From Candidatus Onthomonas avicola (GTDB taxonomy: Bacteria > Bacillota > Clostridia > Oscillospirales > Oscillospiraceae): a stretch of 64,000 nucleotides of DNA. Made by a program: the position numbers and the translations under genes. Every line of letters starts with the position of its first letter. Positions within the stretch are counted from its first letter, which is position 1. The notes beneath the pieces are model-generated. The model saw nothing but the letters and a program-made list of their open reading frames with translations. It was not told the origin of the DNA and did no database searches. The stretch lies in NCBI GenBank assembly GCA_018710845.1, contig DVJB01000065.1, forward strand, positions 7,310 to 71,309. Direction: 5' to 3'. Positions 1-8,079 of the stretch are shown here, one piece after another.

Positions 1-681
1 GTTCAGCTCGGGGATGACCAGGCCGATGGCCTTGGCGGCGCCGGTGCTGTTGGGCACGATGTTGACAGCGGCGGCACGGGAGCGGCGCAGGTCGCCCTTG
101 CGCTGCGGGCCGTCCAGGGTCATCTGATCGCCGGTGTAGGCGTGGATGGTGCACATAATGCCGGACTTGATGGCCCAGCCGTCATTCAGAGCCTTCGCCA
201 TCGGGGCCAGGCAGTTGGTGGTGCAGGAAGCGGCGGAGATGATCTTGTCGTCCTTGGTCAGAGTCTTGTGGTTGACGTTGTAGACGATGGTGGGCAGATC
301 GTTGCCGGCAGGAGCGGAGATGACAACCTTCTTCGCGCCAGCGTCGATGTGCGCCTGAGCCTTGGCCTTGGAGGTGTAGAAGCCGGTGCACTCCAGAACG
401 ACGTCGACGTCCAGCTCGCCCCAGGGCAGCTCGGCGGCGTTGGCCTTGGCATAGATGGTGATCTTCTTGCCGTCGACCATGATATAGTCCTCGCCAGCCT
501 CAACGGTGGAGGCCAGAGCATAGGTGCCCTGGGTGGAGTCATACTTGAGCAGGTGGGCCAGCATCTTGGGGGAGGTCAGGTCGTTGATCGCGACAACCTC
601 ATAGCCCTCAGCGCCAAACATCTGACGGAACGCCAGACGACCGATGCGGCCAAAACCATTGATTGCAACTTTTACTGCCAT
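1..681 (-). CDS. gap: Glyceraldehyde-3-phosphate dehydrogenase (N-terminal part; runs off the window)
   Basis: Manual translation [15 protein letters not shown]...; RBS AGGAGG; absent from the ORF track because no stop codon lies in the window. Confidence 0.97.
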   Translation of the reverse strand, partial: MAVKVAINGFGRIGRLAFRQMFGAEGYEVVAINDLTSPKMLAHLLKYDSTQGTYALASTVEAGEDYIMVDGKKITIYAKANAAELPWGELDVDVVLECTGFYTSKAKAQAHIDAGAKKVVISAPAGNDLPTIVYNVNHKTLTKDDKIISAASCTTNCLAPMAKALNDGWAIKSGIMCTIHAYTGDQMTLDGPQRKGDLRRSRAAAVNIVPNSTGAAKAIGLVIPELN

Positions 682-729
682 TTGTAATTACCTCCTGAGA
701 TAGGGTATTAAATGGATTTGCCGTATTTT

Positions 730-758
730 ATTGTAATCCATTGTTAAAGATTTTACAA
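730..758 (-). promoter_or_regulatory. sigma-A-type promoter of gap (TTGTAA-N17-TACAAT) overlapped by a Rex-like operator (TTGTTAA-AGAT-TTTACAA, 741-758)
   Basis: Read from sequence; 1 mismatch to the clostridial Rex palindrome TTGTTAA-N4-TTAACAA. Confidence 0.7.
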
Positions 759-833
759 GGCCCATTTGCCGATTTTTACAAAAAATTCTCAGAAGAAGTG
801 GAGGTTTCCGCAGCCTGGAGCAACGTTGAACCG

Positions 834-2615
834 TTATTCCTCCGCGTCTGCGCGCACCTGGATGTGTACCTCGCGCAGCTGCCGCTCCTCCACCGCGGCC
901 GGGGCGCCCATCATGACGTCCTGCGCGTTTTTGTTCATCGGGAAGGGGATGATCTCGCGGATGGACTCCTCGCCGGCCAGCAGCATCACCATCCGGTCCA
1001 CGCCCGGGGCGATGCCGGCATGGGGGGGCGCGCCGTAGCAGAAGGCGTTGTACATGGCGGGGAACTTCGCCTTCACGTCCTCCTCGCCCAGGCGGACGAG
1101 CTCAAAGGCCTTGACCATGATCTCGGGGTCGTGGTTCCGCACCGCGCCGGAGGAGAGCTCCACGCCGTTGCACACCAGGTCGTACTGATAGGCCATGATC
1201 TCCAGCGGGTCCACCTCGCCGCGCTCGGCCTTCAGGAGGATGTCCAGGCCGCCGTTGGGCATGGAGAAGGGGTTGTGGCAGAACTCCAGCTCGCCAGACT
1301 CCTCGCCGATCTCGTACATCGGGAAGTCCACAATCCAGCAAAACTCGTAGCGCTCCTTGTCCATGTGCTCGGGGCAGGCCGCGCCCAGCTTACTGCGCAG
1401 CACGCCGGCGGTCTTCTGCGCGGCGCCCAGCGGCCCGGCGGTAAAGCCGACGAAGTCGCCCGGCCGGAGCCCAAGGCGCTCGGTGAGCGCGGCGGTGTGC
1501 GCCTTGAGGAACTTGGCCACGCCGCCGGCCAGCTCGCCCTTCTCGTCCACCTTGCACCAGTAGGCCTTGTTGCCCGACTGGACCTCCACCTCGGCACAGA
1601 GCTTGTCAATCGCCTTGCGCGCGAGCTTGCAGCCGGAGACCACGACCGCCTTGACCGCCTCCGCCTGGAAGGGGGCGAACTCGGTCTTGGTACAGATGTC
1701 GGTCACATCGCGCACGATGAGGTCGATGCGCAGGTCCGGCTTGTCCGAGCCGTAGGTCTCCATCGCCTCGCGGAAGGGGATGCGGCGGAAGGGGGCCTCG
1801 GAGGCGACGTTGTAGATGCCGTATTTCGCGAAGATGGGGGGAAGGACACGCTCCAGCACGGCGAAGACGTCGTCCTGGCTGGCGAAGGCCATCTCCATAT
1901 CCAGCTGGTAGAACTCGCCGGGGGAGCGGTCGCCGCGGGCGTCCTCGTCGCGGAAACAGGGGGCGATCTGGAAATAGCGGTCAAACCCGGCGGTCATCAG
2001 CAGCTGCTTGAACTGCTGCGGGGCCTGGGGCAGGGCGTAGAACTTGCCCGGGTGCTTCCGGGCGGGCACCAGGTAGTCCCGCGCGCCCTCGGGGGAGGAG
2101 ACGGTGAGGATGGGGGTGGTGATCTCCAGAAAGCCCTCCTCGCCCATCGCCTGGCGCAGGGCGGAGACGACGTTGCAGCGCAGGATGATATTCCGCTTCA
2201 CCGCCGGGTTGCGCAGGTCGAGGTAGCGGTATTTCAGCCGGGCGGACTCATCCGCCTCGCGGCTGCGGTTGATCTCAAAGGGCAGCTCGTTATAACGGCA
2301 GCGGCCGAGCACCTCAATGTTGGTGGGTACCACCTCGATCTCGCCGGTGGCCTGCTTGGGGTTCTTGCTCTCGCGTTCGCGGACGACGCCGGTGACCGAG
2401 AGGGTGGACTCCTTGTTCAGCGGCTTGACGATGGACATCATCGCCTCGTTCTCAATCACCACCTGGGTGGTGCCGTAAAAGTCGCGCAGGACGAGAAAGG
2501 CGAAGTTGGAGCCCACCTCGCGGATATTCTCCATCCAGCCGCAGAGGGTGACGGTCTTGCCCGCGTCGGCCAGCCGCAGCGCGCCGCAGGTATGGGTTCT
2601 GGATTGAAACAGCAT
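834..2615 (-). CDS. aspS: Aspartate--tRNA ligase
   Basis: RTHTCGALR N-terminus, EGARDYLVP, FQIAPCFRDED, GIAPGVDR motifs; start chosen by GAGGTG RBS. Confidence 0.97.
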   Translation of the reverse strand: MLFQSRTHTCGALRLADAGKTVTLCGWMENIREVGSNFAFLVLRDFYGTTQVVIENEAMMSIVKPLNKESTLSVTGVVRERESKNPKQATGEIEVVPTNIEVLGRCRYNELPFEINRSREADESARLKYRYLDLRNPAVKRNIILRCNVVSALRQAMGEEGFLEITTPILTVSSPEGARDYLVPARKHPGKFYALPQAPQQFKQLLMTAGFDRYFQIAPCFRDEDARGDRSPGEFYQLDMEMAFASQDDVFAVLERVLPPIFAKYGIYNVASEAPFRRIPFREAMETYGSDKPDLRIDLIVRDVTDICTKTEFAPFQAEAVKAVVVSGCKLARKAIDKLCAEVEVQSGNKAYWCKVDEKGELAGGVAKFLKAHTAALTERLGLRPGDFVGFTAGPLGAAQKTAGVLRSKLGAACPEHMDKERYEFCWIVDFPMYEIGEESGELEFCHNPFSMPNGGLDILLKAERGEVDPLEIMAYQYDLVCNGVELSSGAVRNHDPEIMVKAFELVRLGEEDVKAKFPAMYNAFCYGAPPHAGIAPGVDRMVMLLAGEESIREIIPFPMNKNAQDVMMGAPAAVEERQLREVHIQVRADAEE

Positions 2616-2639
2616 GGTCTGACACCTCATTTAATTTGT

Positions 2640-3569
2640 TTACAGCTCATCTTCACTAAAGAAATCGGTATCCACGCGTTTGACATAATAAGTCTGCGTG
2701 ACCGAGACGCCGATATTGTACTCAATCATTAGCCTGGTCAACCGCTGCCCATCCACCAGGATAATGTGCTGGCGTTGCGCGGTGTCCTTTGCCCCCTGGG
2801 AAAATCGTGCTGTGGTGATAAATAGCCCGCACGCGGCGCCCTGATCGTGCAGTGCACCGGAAAAACGCTGAATGTCCGGCCGGCCGACGGTATGGGCGGG
2901 GTCCCAGCGCTTGGCCTGAATATAGATTTTCCGAAAACCGAGCTTGTCCTCTTTGATAATGCCGTCAATTCCGCCGTCTCCGGTGCGCTGGGTCACAATC
3001 CCGGCATCGTCAAACGGACCGCCGTAGCCCATGCCGAGCAGGAGCTGGACCACCAGCCGCTCAAAAAAGGCGGGGTCATAAGACATAATCTCCTCCATCA
3101 GCTCATCGGCCAAGGCGGACTCCATCTGCCGGAAGGCGGCGTCAATCACATCCTGAGGCGTATCTGATCTATCATCCGACAGAGAGGTAGATTGCCTGGC
3201 GGTATGCGGAGAATCTGCGGAGTTTTCGCTGCGGCGGAATGCAACGAAAGAGGGATAGGTCATCAAGTAATCGTTATTCAGCACAATGGAAGTATCTTTT
3301 TGAACACGCAATCCCTCGGGTGTGATAGCATATTTTCCCCTCGCTGGGCGCTCTACCAACCCTGCCTTCATCAGGTAAAATCCGCTCCAGCTCACGCGGT
3401 TGGCAAAGACAGTTTGCCGCCCGCTGGGAAGCAGCTCCGTTAGGTCATCTTCGCTCATTTGACGCTGGGAAGAGATGATAGAGCGGACTTCTCTGCTGGT
3501 AATTGTCCGCCCGTCTGACAATGCGTCCAAAAAGTCACGGTAAAATTCATCATATTTCGGAACCGCCAT
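2640..3569 (-). CDS. mrr: Mrr-family (type IV, modification-dependent) restriction endonuclease
   Basis: Mrr N-terminal wHTH (ELLPSGRQTVFANRVSW) plus catalytic GDGGIDG...IYIQAKRW; visibly lower GC than neighbours. Confidence 0.92.
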   Translation of the reverse strand: MAVPKYDEFYRDFLDALSDGRTITSREVRSIISSQRQMSEDDLTELLPSGRQTVFANRVSWSGFYLMKAGLVERPARGKYAITPEGLRVQKDTSIVLNNDYLMTYPSFVAFRRSENSADSPHTARQSTSLSDDRSDTPQDVIDAAFRQMESALADELMEEIMSYDPAFFERLVVQLLLGMGYGGPFDDAGIVTQRTGDGGIDGIIKEDKLGFRKIYIQAKRWDPAHTVGRPDIQRFSGALHDQGAACGLFITTARFSQGAKDTAQRQHIILVDGQRLTRLMIEYNIGVSVTQTYYVKRVDTDFFSEDEL

Positions 3570-3578
3570 AGGGAGCCC

Positions 3579-4940
3579 TCACCTCTCCACCACCGGCGCG
3601 ATCGCCGCGCTCTCGGCGAGATAGGCGCGCACGGCCGCCACCGTCTCGTCGGGGGAGAGGGTGGACTGCTCGCCGGTGCGCAGGTCCTTGAGGGAGAAGG
3701 TCCCCGCCTCGCGCTCCGAGCCGCCGAGGAAGAGGACGAAGGGGATGCCGAGCTTGGCGGCGTAGGAGATCTTCGCCTTAAACTTCTTCTGCTCGCAGTA
3801 GAGCTGGGTGCGGATGCCGGCCGCACGCAGGCGGGTGGCGGCGGAGATGGCGTAGTCCAGCTCCTCCGGCGACATCGGCAGGACGAGCACGTCCGCCGGG
3901 GCGGTGGGAAGGGCGGGATTGAGCATCTTCTGCTCGTTGAGGACGTAAAACAGCCGGGTCAGCCCGATGGAGATGCCCACGCCGGGGAGGGCCTTGTCGG
4001 TGTAGTACTCCGCCAGGTTGTCATAACGCCCGCCGGAGCAGATCGAACCCACCTCGGGGTGGTCAAGCATGGTAGTCTCATAGACGGTGCCGGTGTAGTA
4101 GTCCAGGCCGCGGGCGATGGTGAGATCGACCGCGAAGTGGCTCTGCGGCACGCCGAAGGCGGCGAGATACCGCGTCACCGTCCGCAGCTCCTCCAGGCCC
4201 TGGTCAAAGAGCACGTCCTTGCCCCGGTACTCCTCCAGGGCGGCGAGGACGGCGTCGTTGCTCCCCTGAATCTGGGTGAAGGCGAGGACGGCGTCCGCCT
4301 GGCCGGCGTCCAGTCCATCCTCCTCCGTCAGCACGGCGCGCACCTTGTCCGGGCCGATCTTCTCCAGCTTGTCCACCGTGCGCATGATCGCCCCCGCCCG
4401 GTCGGACAGGCCGAGCATAGCGTAAAAGCCGTTCAAGATCTTGCGGTTGTTCACCCGGATCTGGAAGCGGTGCAGGCCGAGGGAGGTGAAGGTCTGGTAG
4501 ATGATGGCGGGGATCTCCGCCTCGTTGACGATATCGAGCGTACCGTCCCCGATCACGTCGATGTCCGCCTGATAGAACTCGCGAAACCGGCCCCGCTGCG
4601 CCCGCTCCCCGCGGTAGACCTTGCCGATCTGATAGCGGCGGAAGGGGAAGGAGAGCTGTCCGTAGTTGAGCGCGACGTATTTCGCCAGCGGCACGGTGAG
4701 GTCAAAGCGCAGCGCCAGGTCGCTGTCTCCCTTCTGGAAGCGGTAGATCTGCTTCTCCGTCTCGCCGCCGCCCTTGGCCAGCAGGACCTCCGCCGCCTCG
4801 ACGGCGGGGGTGTCCAGAGGGGTGAAGCCGTAGAGGGCGTAGGTGCGGCGCAGGGTCTCCATCATCCGCTCCATCTGCTGCTGCGGGGCGGGGAGCAGTT
4901 CCATAAACCCGGAGAGGGTGCGCGGTTTCAGTTTTGCCAT
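3579..4940 (-). CDS. hisS: Histidine--tRNA ligase
   Basis: LRFDLTVP, YRGERAQRGRFREFYQADID, RGLDYYTG, GGRYDNL. Confidence 0.97.
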   Translation of the reverse strand: MAKLKPRTLSGFMELLPAPQQQMERMMETLRRTYALYGFTPLDTPAVEAAEVLLAKGGGETEKQIYRFQKGDSDLALRFDLTVPLAKYVALNYGQLSFPFRRYQIGKVYRGERAQRGRFREFYQADIDVIGDGTLDIVNEAEIPAIIYQTFTSLGLHRFQIRVNNRKILNGFYAMLGLSDRAGAIMRTVDKLEKIGPDKVRAVLTEEDGLDAGQADAVLAFTQIQGSNDAVLAALEEYRGKDVLFDQGLEELRTVTRYLAAFGVPQSHFAVDLTIARGLDYYTGTVYETTMLDHPEVGSICSGGRYDNLAEYYTDKALPGVGISIGLTRLFYVLNEQKMLNPALPTAPADVLVLPMSPEELDYAISAATRLRAAGIRTQLYCEQKKFKAKISYAAKLGIPFVLFLGGSEREAGTFSLKDLRTGEQSTLSPDETVAAVRAYLAESAAIAPVVER

Positions 4941-5046
4941 AGGGGCACATTCCTTTCCTCAATATCCGGACAGACAGACACGCCCAAGGACGGGCCGTTG
5001 GGCGTGACAGCAGGGCCGGGAAAACATCAATGCCAGAATTTGCATC

Positions 5047-5463
5047 TCAGAGTACGATTTTCGTCTTACGGGAGCGGACGACGTCGCGCCAATCGAGGTC
5101 GCCGCGGGCCAGGCCGTGGATCAGCATCTCGGCGGTGGCGATATTGGTCGCGCAGGGGATGTTATAGGTGTCACACAGGTGGCAGATATAGTGCAGGTCG
5201 TCCTCATACGCCACACTCTTCGGGCCGGTGAAGAAGAGGACCATGTCGATCTCGTCATAGGCGATGCGCGCGCCGATCTGCTGGCAGCCGCCGTGGTCAT
5301 GGGTGAACAGCAGCTCCACGTCCAGGCCGGTGGCCTCGGCGACCATGCGGCCGGTGGTGTGGGTGGCGCACAGGGTATGCTTGGCCAAAATGCCGCAGTA
5401 GGCGATGCAGAACTGGACCATCAGCTCCTGCCGGTTCTCATCGCTCATGAGTGCAATATTCAA
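5047..5463 (-). CDS. mgsA: Methylglyoxal-synthase-like protein with degenerate active site
   Basis: MGS-fold motifs (AT-TTG, GG-QQIG, NIPCATNIATAE); catalytic residues substituted; TTG start with AGGAGG RBS. Confidence 0.8.
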   Translation of the reverse strand: MNIALMSDENRQELMVQFCIAYCGILAKHTLCATHTTGRMVAEATGLDVELLFTHDHGGCQQIGARIAYDEIDMVLFFTGPKSVAYEDDLHYICHLCDTYNIPCATNIATAEMLIHGLARGDLDWRDVVRSRKTKIVL

Positions 5464-5501
5464 TGACAAGACCTCCTCTTTCCGTGTGATTCCGGCGCGT
5501 G

Positions 5502-6239
5502 TCAGATGCGCATGGGCGGCACGCGCTCGCCCAAAATCCGCCGGGAGATATTGTAATACGCCCGCGCGCCGCCCCGGCGGGAGGTCATGATGACCGGAAT
5601 GCCCCGGCTGGCGGCCAGAGGAATGCGCGCGTCCTCCGGAATAATGCCCAGCAGCGGCAGGCCGAGGGCGTCCATCGCGTCGTCGATATTGGTGTGTGTC
5701 TTGCGCAGGAAGGCGCGGGTGACCCGGTTGACCACCAGGTGAATCGGGATCTCCCGCCGCCGCAGGCGGCCCACCGCCGACTGTGCCGCGCGCAGAGAGG
5801 CCGGGTCGGTGGTGGAGACCACGACCGCGCGGTCCGCCGCGCAGATGGAGAGCTGGAAGCCGGAGCCGAGCCCAGCCGGGCTGTCAATCAGGCAGAAATC
5901 ATACCGCTCCTTCGCTTCGGCGACGAGAGCGGCCATCCCCTCCGGCCGCAGCGGCGTGCGCGGCGGGGTCACCGGCGCGGGCAGCAGGGACAGATGCTCC
6001 AGTTTCGGGTGGACCGCCGCCGCGTGGCTGAGCGGACAGCGCCCCTCCAGCACGTCAGATACGTCCATCAACGCCACATCCGACATGCCGAGCGTCAGGT
6101 CCAGATTGCGCAGGCCGATGTCCATGTCGATGCACAGCACCCGCTTGTCCATCGCGGCCAGGCAGGAACCCAGCCCCGCCGTGAGGGAGGATTTTCCCGT
6201 GCCGCCTTTTCCCGATGTGATGACAATGGCAGTCCCCAT
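5502..6239 (-). CDS. minD: MinD-like ATPase lacking the C-terminal membrane-targeting helix
   Basis: VITSGKGGTGKS, IDMDIGLRNLDL, IDSPAG motifs; RBS GGAGG. Confidence 0.85.
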   Translation of the reverse strand: MGTAIVITSGKGGTGKSSLTAGLGSCLAAMDKRVLCIDMDIGLRNLDLTLGMSDVALMDVSDVLEGRCPLSHAAAVHPKLEHLSLLPAPVTPPRTPLRPEGMAALVAEAKERYDFCLIDSPAGLGSGFQLSICAADRAVVVSTTDPASLRAAQSAVGRLRRREIPIHLVVNRVTRAFLRKTHTNIDDAMDALGLPLLGIIPEDARIPLAASRGIPVIMTSRRGGARAYYNISRRILGERVPPMRI

Positions 6240-6259
6240 AGCAACCTCCATATAGCAGC

Positions 6260-6289
6260 ATTATAGCACAGGGGAAAGAGGAGTTACAA
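6260..6289 (-). promoter_or_regulatory. sigma-A promoter of minD-mgsA (TTGTAA-N18-TATAAT)
   Basis: Read from sequence. Confidence 0.65.
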
Positions 6290-6343
6290 GATAATTTTGT
6301 GACATTTTTCCGCCATGGAGTATGCTTCAGGCAACGAAGCGGC

Positions 6344-7045
6344 TCATAGCGGATTTTTTCGGATGCGCGCGAAGCGGCGCGGGTACTGCGTCGGGGTGGG
6401 TGCGGTTTTTTCCATCACTACAATGCGCCGGGTGATCGCCGTACCCGGGATGGAATAGACCCTGTCCTCGCGCAGCGTGCCGCCGAGCGCCGCGATCGCG
6501 TGCGCCGCCTGCGCCTTTTCCGCCGCGCAGTCCCCGCTCTTCATCGCCAGGAACAGCCCGCCCACGGCGGCAAAGGGGAGGCAGAGCTCGGCCAGCATCC
6601 GCAGGTCCGCCACCGCGCGGGAGGTGACGATGTCAAACCGCTCCCGAAAGTCCGTCTCCCGTCCGTACTCCTCCGCGCGGCCGTGAATCACGGTCACCGG
6701 GCTGCCGCCCAGCAGGGGGGCGGTCTCACGCAGCCAGTCTGTCCGCTTGCCCAGGCTGTCCATCAGCGTCAGGCGGATGGACGGCTCCACCGCCCGCAGC
6801 ACCAGGCCGGGAAAGCCCGCCCCGGTGCCCACGTCGAGTACCCGCTTGCCGGCCAGCGGGACGCAGGCGGCCACCGCGGCGCAGTCGAGCATGTGCAGCC
6901 GGGCCACCTCGTCCGGGTCGGTGATGGCGGTCAGATTGGTCACCCGGTTCCCCTCCAGCAGGAGAGTTCCATATTTTTCCAGAATCGGGGCGCGGGACGG
7001 GTCCAGTCCGAGCGCGCGCAGCCCGTCGGTGAGTATGGCGTTCAT
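6344..7045 (-). CDS. rsmG: 16S rRNA m7G527 methyltransferase
   Basis: NLTAI, HMLDC, LDVGTGAGFPG, VTSRAVA; the longer ORF-track start is an artefact of the upstream REP region. Confidence 0.95.
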   Translation of the reverse strand: MNAILTDGLRALGLDPSRAPILEKYGTLLLEGNRVTNLTAITDPDEVARLHMLDCAAVAACVPLAGKRVLDVGTGAGFPGLVLRAVEPSIRLTLMDSLGKRTDWLRETAPLLGGSPVTVIHGRAEEYGRETDFRERFDIVTSRAVADLRMLAELCLPFAAVGGLFLAMKSGDCAAEKAQAAHAIAALGGTLREDRVYSIPGTAITRRIVVMEKTAPTPTQYPRRFARIRKNPL

Positions 7046-7088
7046 TCGGAAAGCCCTCCTTTCGGCGGCGAAGATAGGAAGGGGACCC

Positions 7089-7193
7089 GTAGGGGCGCAC
7101 CACGTGCGCCCGTAAAGGGGAACGGCGGTGTTTCGTGCAGGCCCCGTCGAAACATGCGTGGGCAGCACGCGGGCGCACAGGGTGCGCCCCTGC
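7089..7193. repeat. Inverted pair of GTAG-family REPs (REPIN-like doublet)
   Basis: GTAGGGGCGCACCACGTGCGCCC at 7089-7111 (+) and GCAGGGGCGCACCCTGTGCGCCC at 7171-7193 (-). Confidence 0.85.
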
Positions 7194-7290
7194 GGGGAGG
7201 CCATGGTTGAAAGCCACCTCTTCCCGCGACGGAAAAAGCCGGGCAAAGGCAGCGCCTCTGCCCGGCTTTTGCGGGAAGATTTGGTTTTGC

Positions 7291-7581
7291 TCAGAACTGG
7301 CCGATCAGCTGGACAGTGCCGATCACAAGCGTGAGCAGTGTGCCCGCGCCGCAGGCGATGGCCAGCAGGAGAAAGACGAGGGGATTTCCCGGACGCAGGC
7401 CGCGCGCGGCCTTCCAGCGCCAGTTCAGGCACTGGACGCACATCCCTCCGCACAGAGGGAAGAGCATCAGCCCGGTAATACCGGTGAGCAGGGAGGTGGT
7501 GGCAATCCAGTAGGTGGTCAGGCACAGTCCGAACACGACATATACCACGCCAACCATCGCCCAGATCCGTTTATCCTCCAC
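7291..7581 (-). CDS. Small hypothetical membrane protein (about 3 TM)
   Basis: 96-aa hydrophobic ORF with GGAGG RBS, 8 bp after the upstream gene. Confidence 0.7.
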   Translation of the reverse strand: MEDKRIWAMVGVVYVVFGLCLTTYWIATTSLLTGITGLMLFPLCGGMCVQCLNWRWKAARGLRPGNPLVFLLLAIACGAGTLLTLVIGTVQLIGQF

Positions 7582-7588
7582 CTGTCAG

Positions 7589-8002
7589 TCAGTTGGCGGC
7601 CTCAGGCGGCAGGTCGGGCGCGTCCTCTCCGTCCTCCGGCACCTCGACGGTGATCTCCACCGTCGGCTCCTCGGCAAAAGGTTCCTCCACCGGCTCGGCG
7701 TCCGTCTTGACCTCTTCGACAATCAGCTCGTCCTCAGCCTGCTCGGCAAAGGGCTCCTCCACCGGGGCGTCCTCCTGGCCGGCGAGCTCAGCCTCTTTCT
7801 CCTCGACCTCCTGATTCAGGAAGGGGAGCAGCTCCATGGTGTAGGTGTCCTCCTCCTCGCCGGGGGTCTTCTTCAGGTTCCATAGCAGCCCGCCCAGCTC
7901 AAACTCGCCGGACTCCTTGTCCGACTTGAAGCGGTAGGGGACCAGGGCGGCGGCGAGGGCGGCGGCACTGGCCGCGCCGATGATTTTGACGATCTTCTTC
8001 AT
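7589..8002 (-). CDS. Hypothetical protein with hydrophobic N-terminus and very acidic tail
   Basis: MKKIVKIIGAASAAALAAALVP; internal PVEEPFAE repeated twice; GAGGTG RBS. Confidence 0.8.
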   Translation of the reverse strand: MKKIVKIIGAASAAALAAALVPYRFKSDKESGEFELGGLLWNLKKTPGEEEDTYTMELLPFLNQEVEEKEAELAGQEDAPVEEPFAEQAEDELIVEEVKTDAEPVEEPFAEEPTVEITVEVPEDGEDAPDLPPEAAN

Positions 8003-8079
8003 TGTACAGCACCTCTTTTATTCTATTTGACAGGATATTCCTGTGAGGAACCGGTTGTCCGGACGGATGCCTGTCCAGA

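Noticed and set aside
4941-5046. T-box leaders for hisS/aspS (and for serS at 9433-9500)
   Set aside because: The gaps are only about 70-105 bp and no T-box antiterminator sequence is present
7046-7525. N-terminal extensions of rsmG (and similar ORF-track extensions of ricT, dnaD, tadA, lysA, pgk)
   Set aside because: A better RBS and the family N-terminus lie at the internal starts; the extensions run through repeats or neighbouring genes
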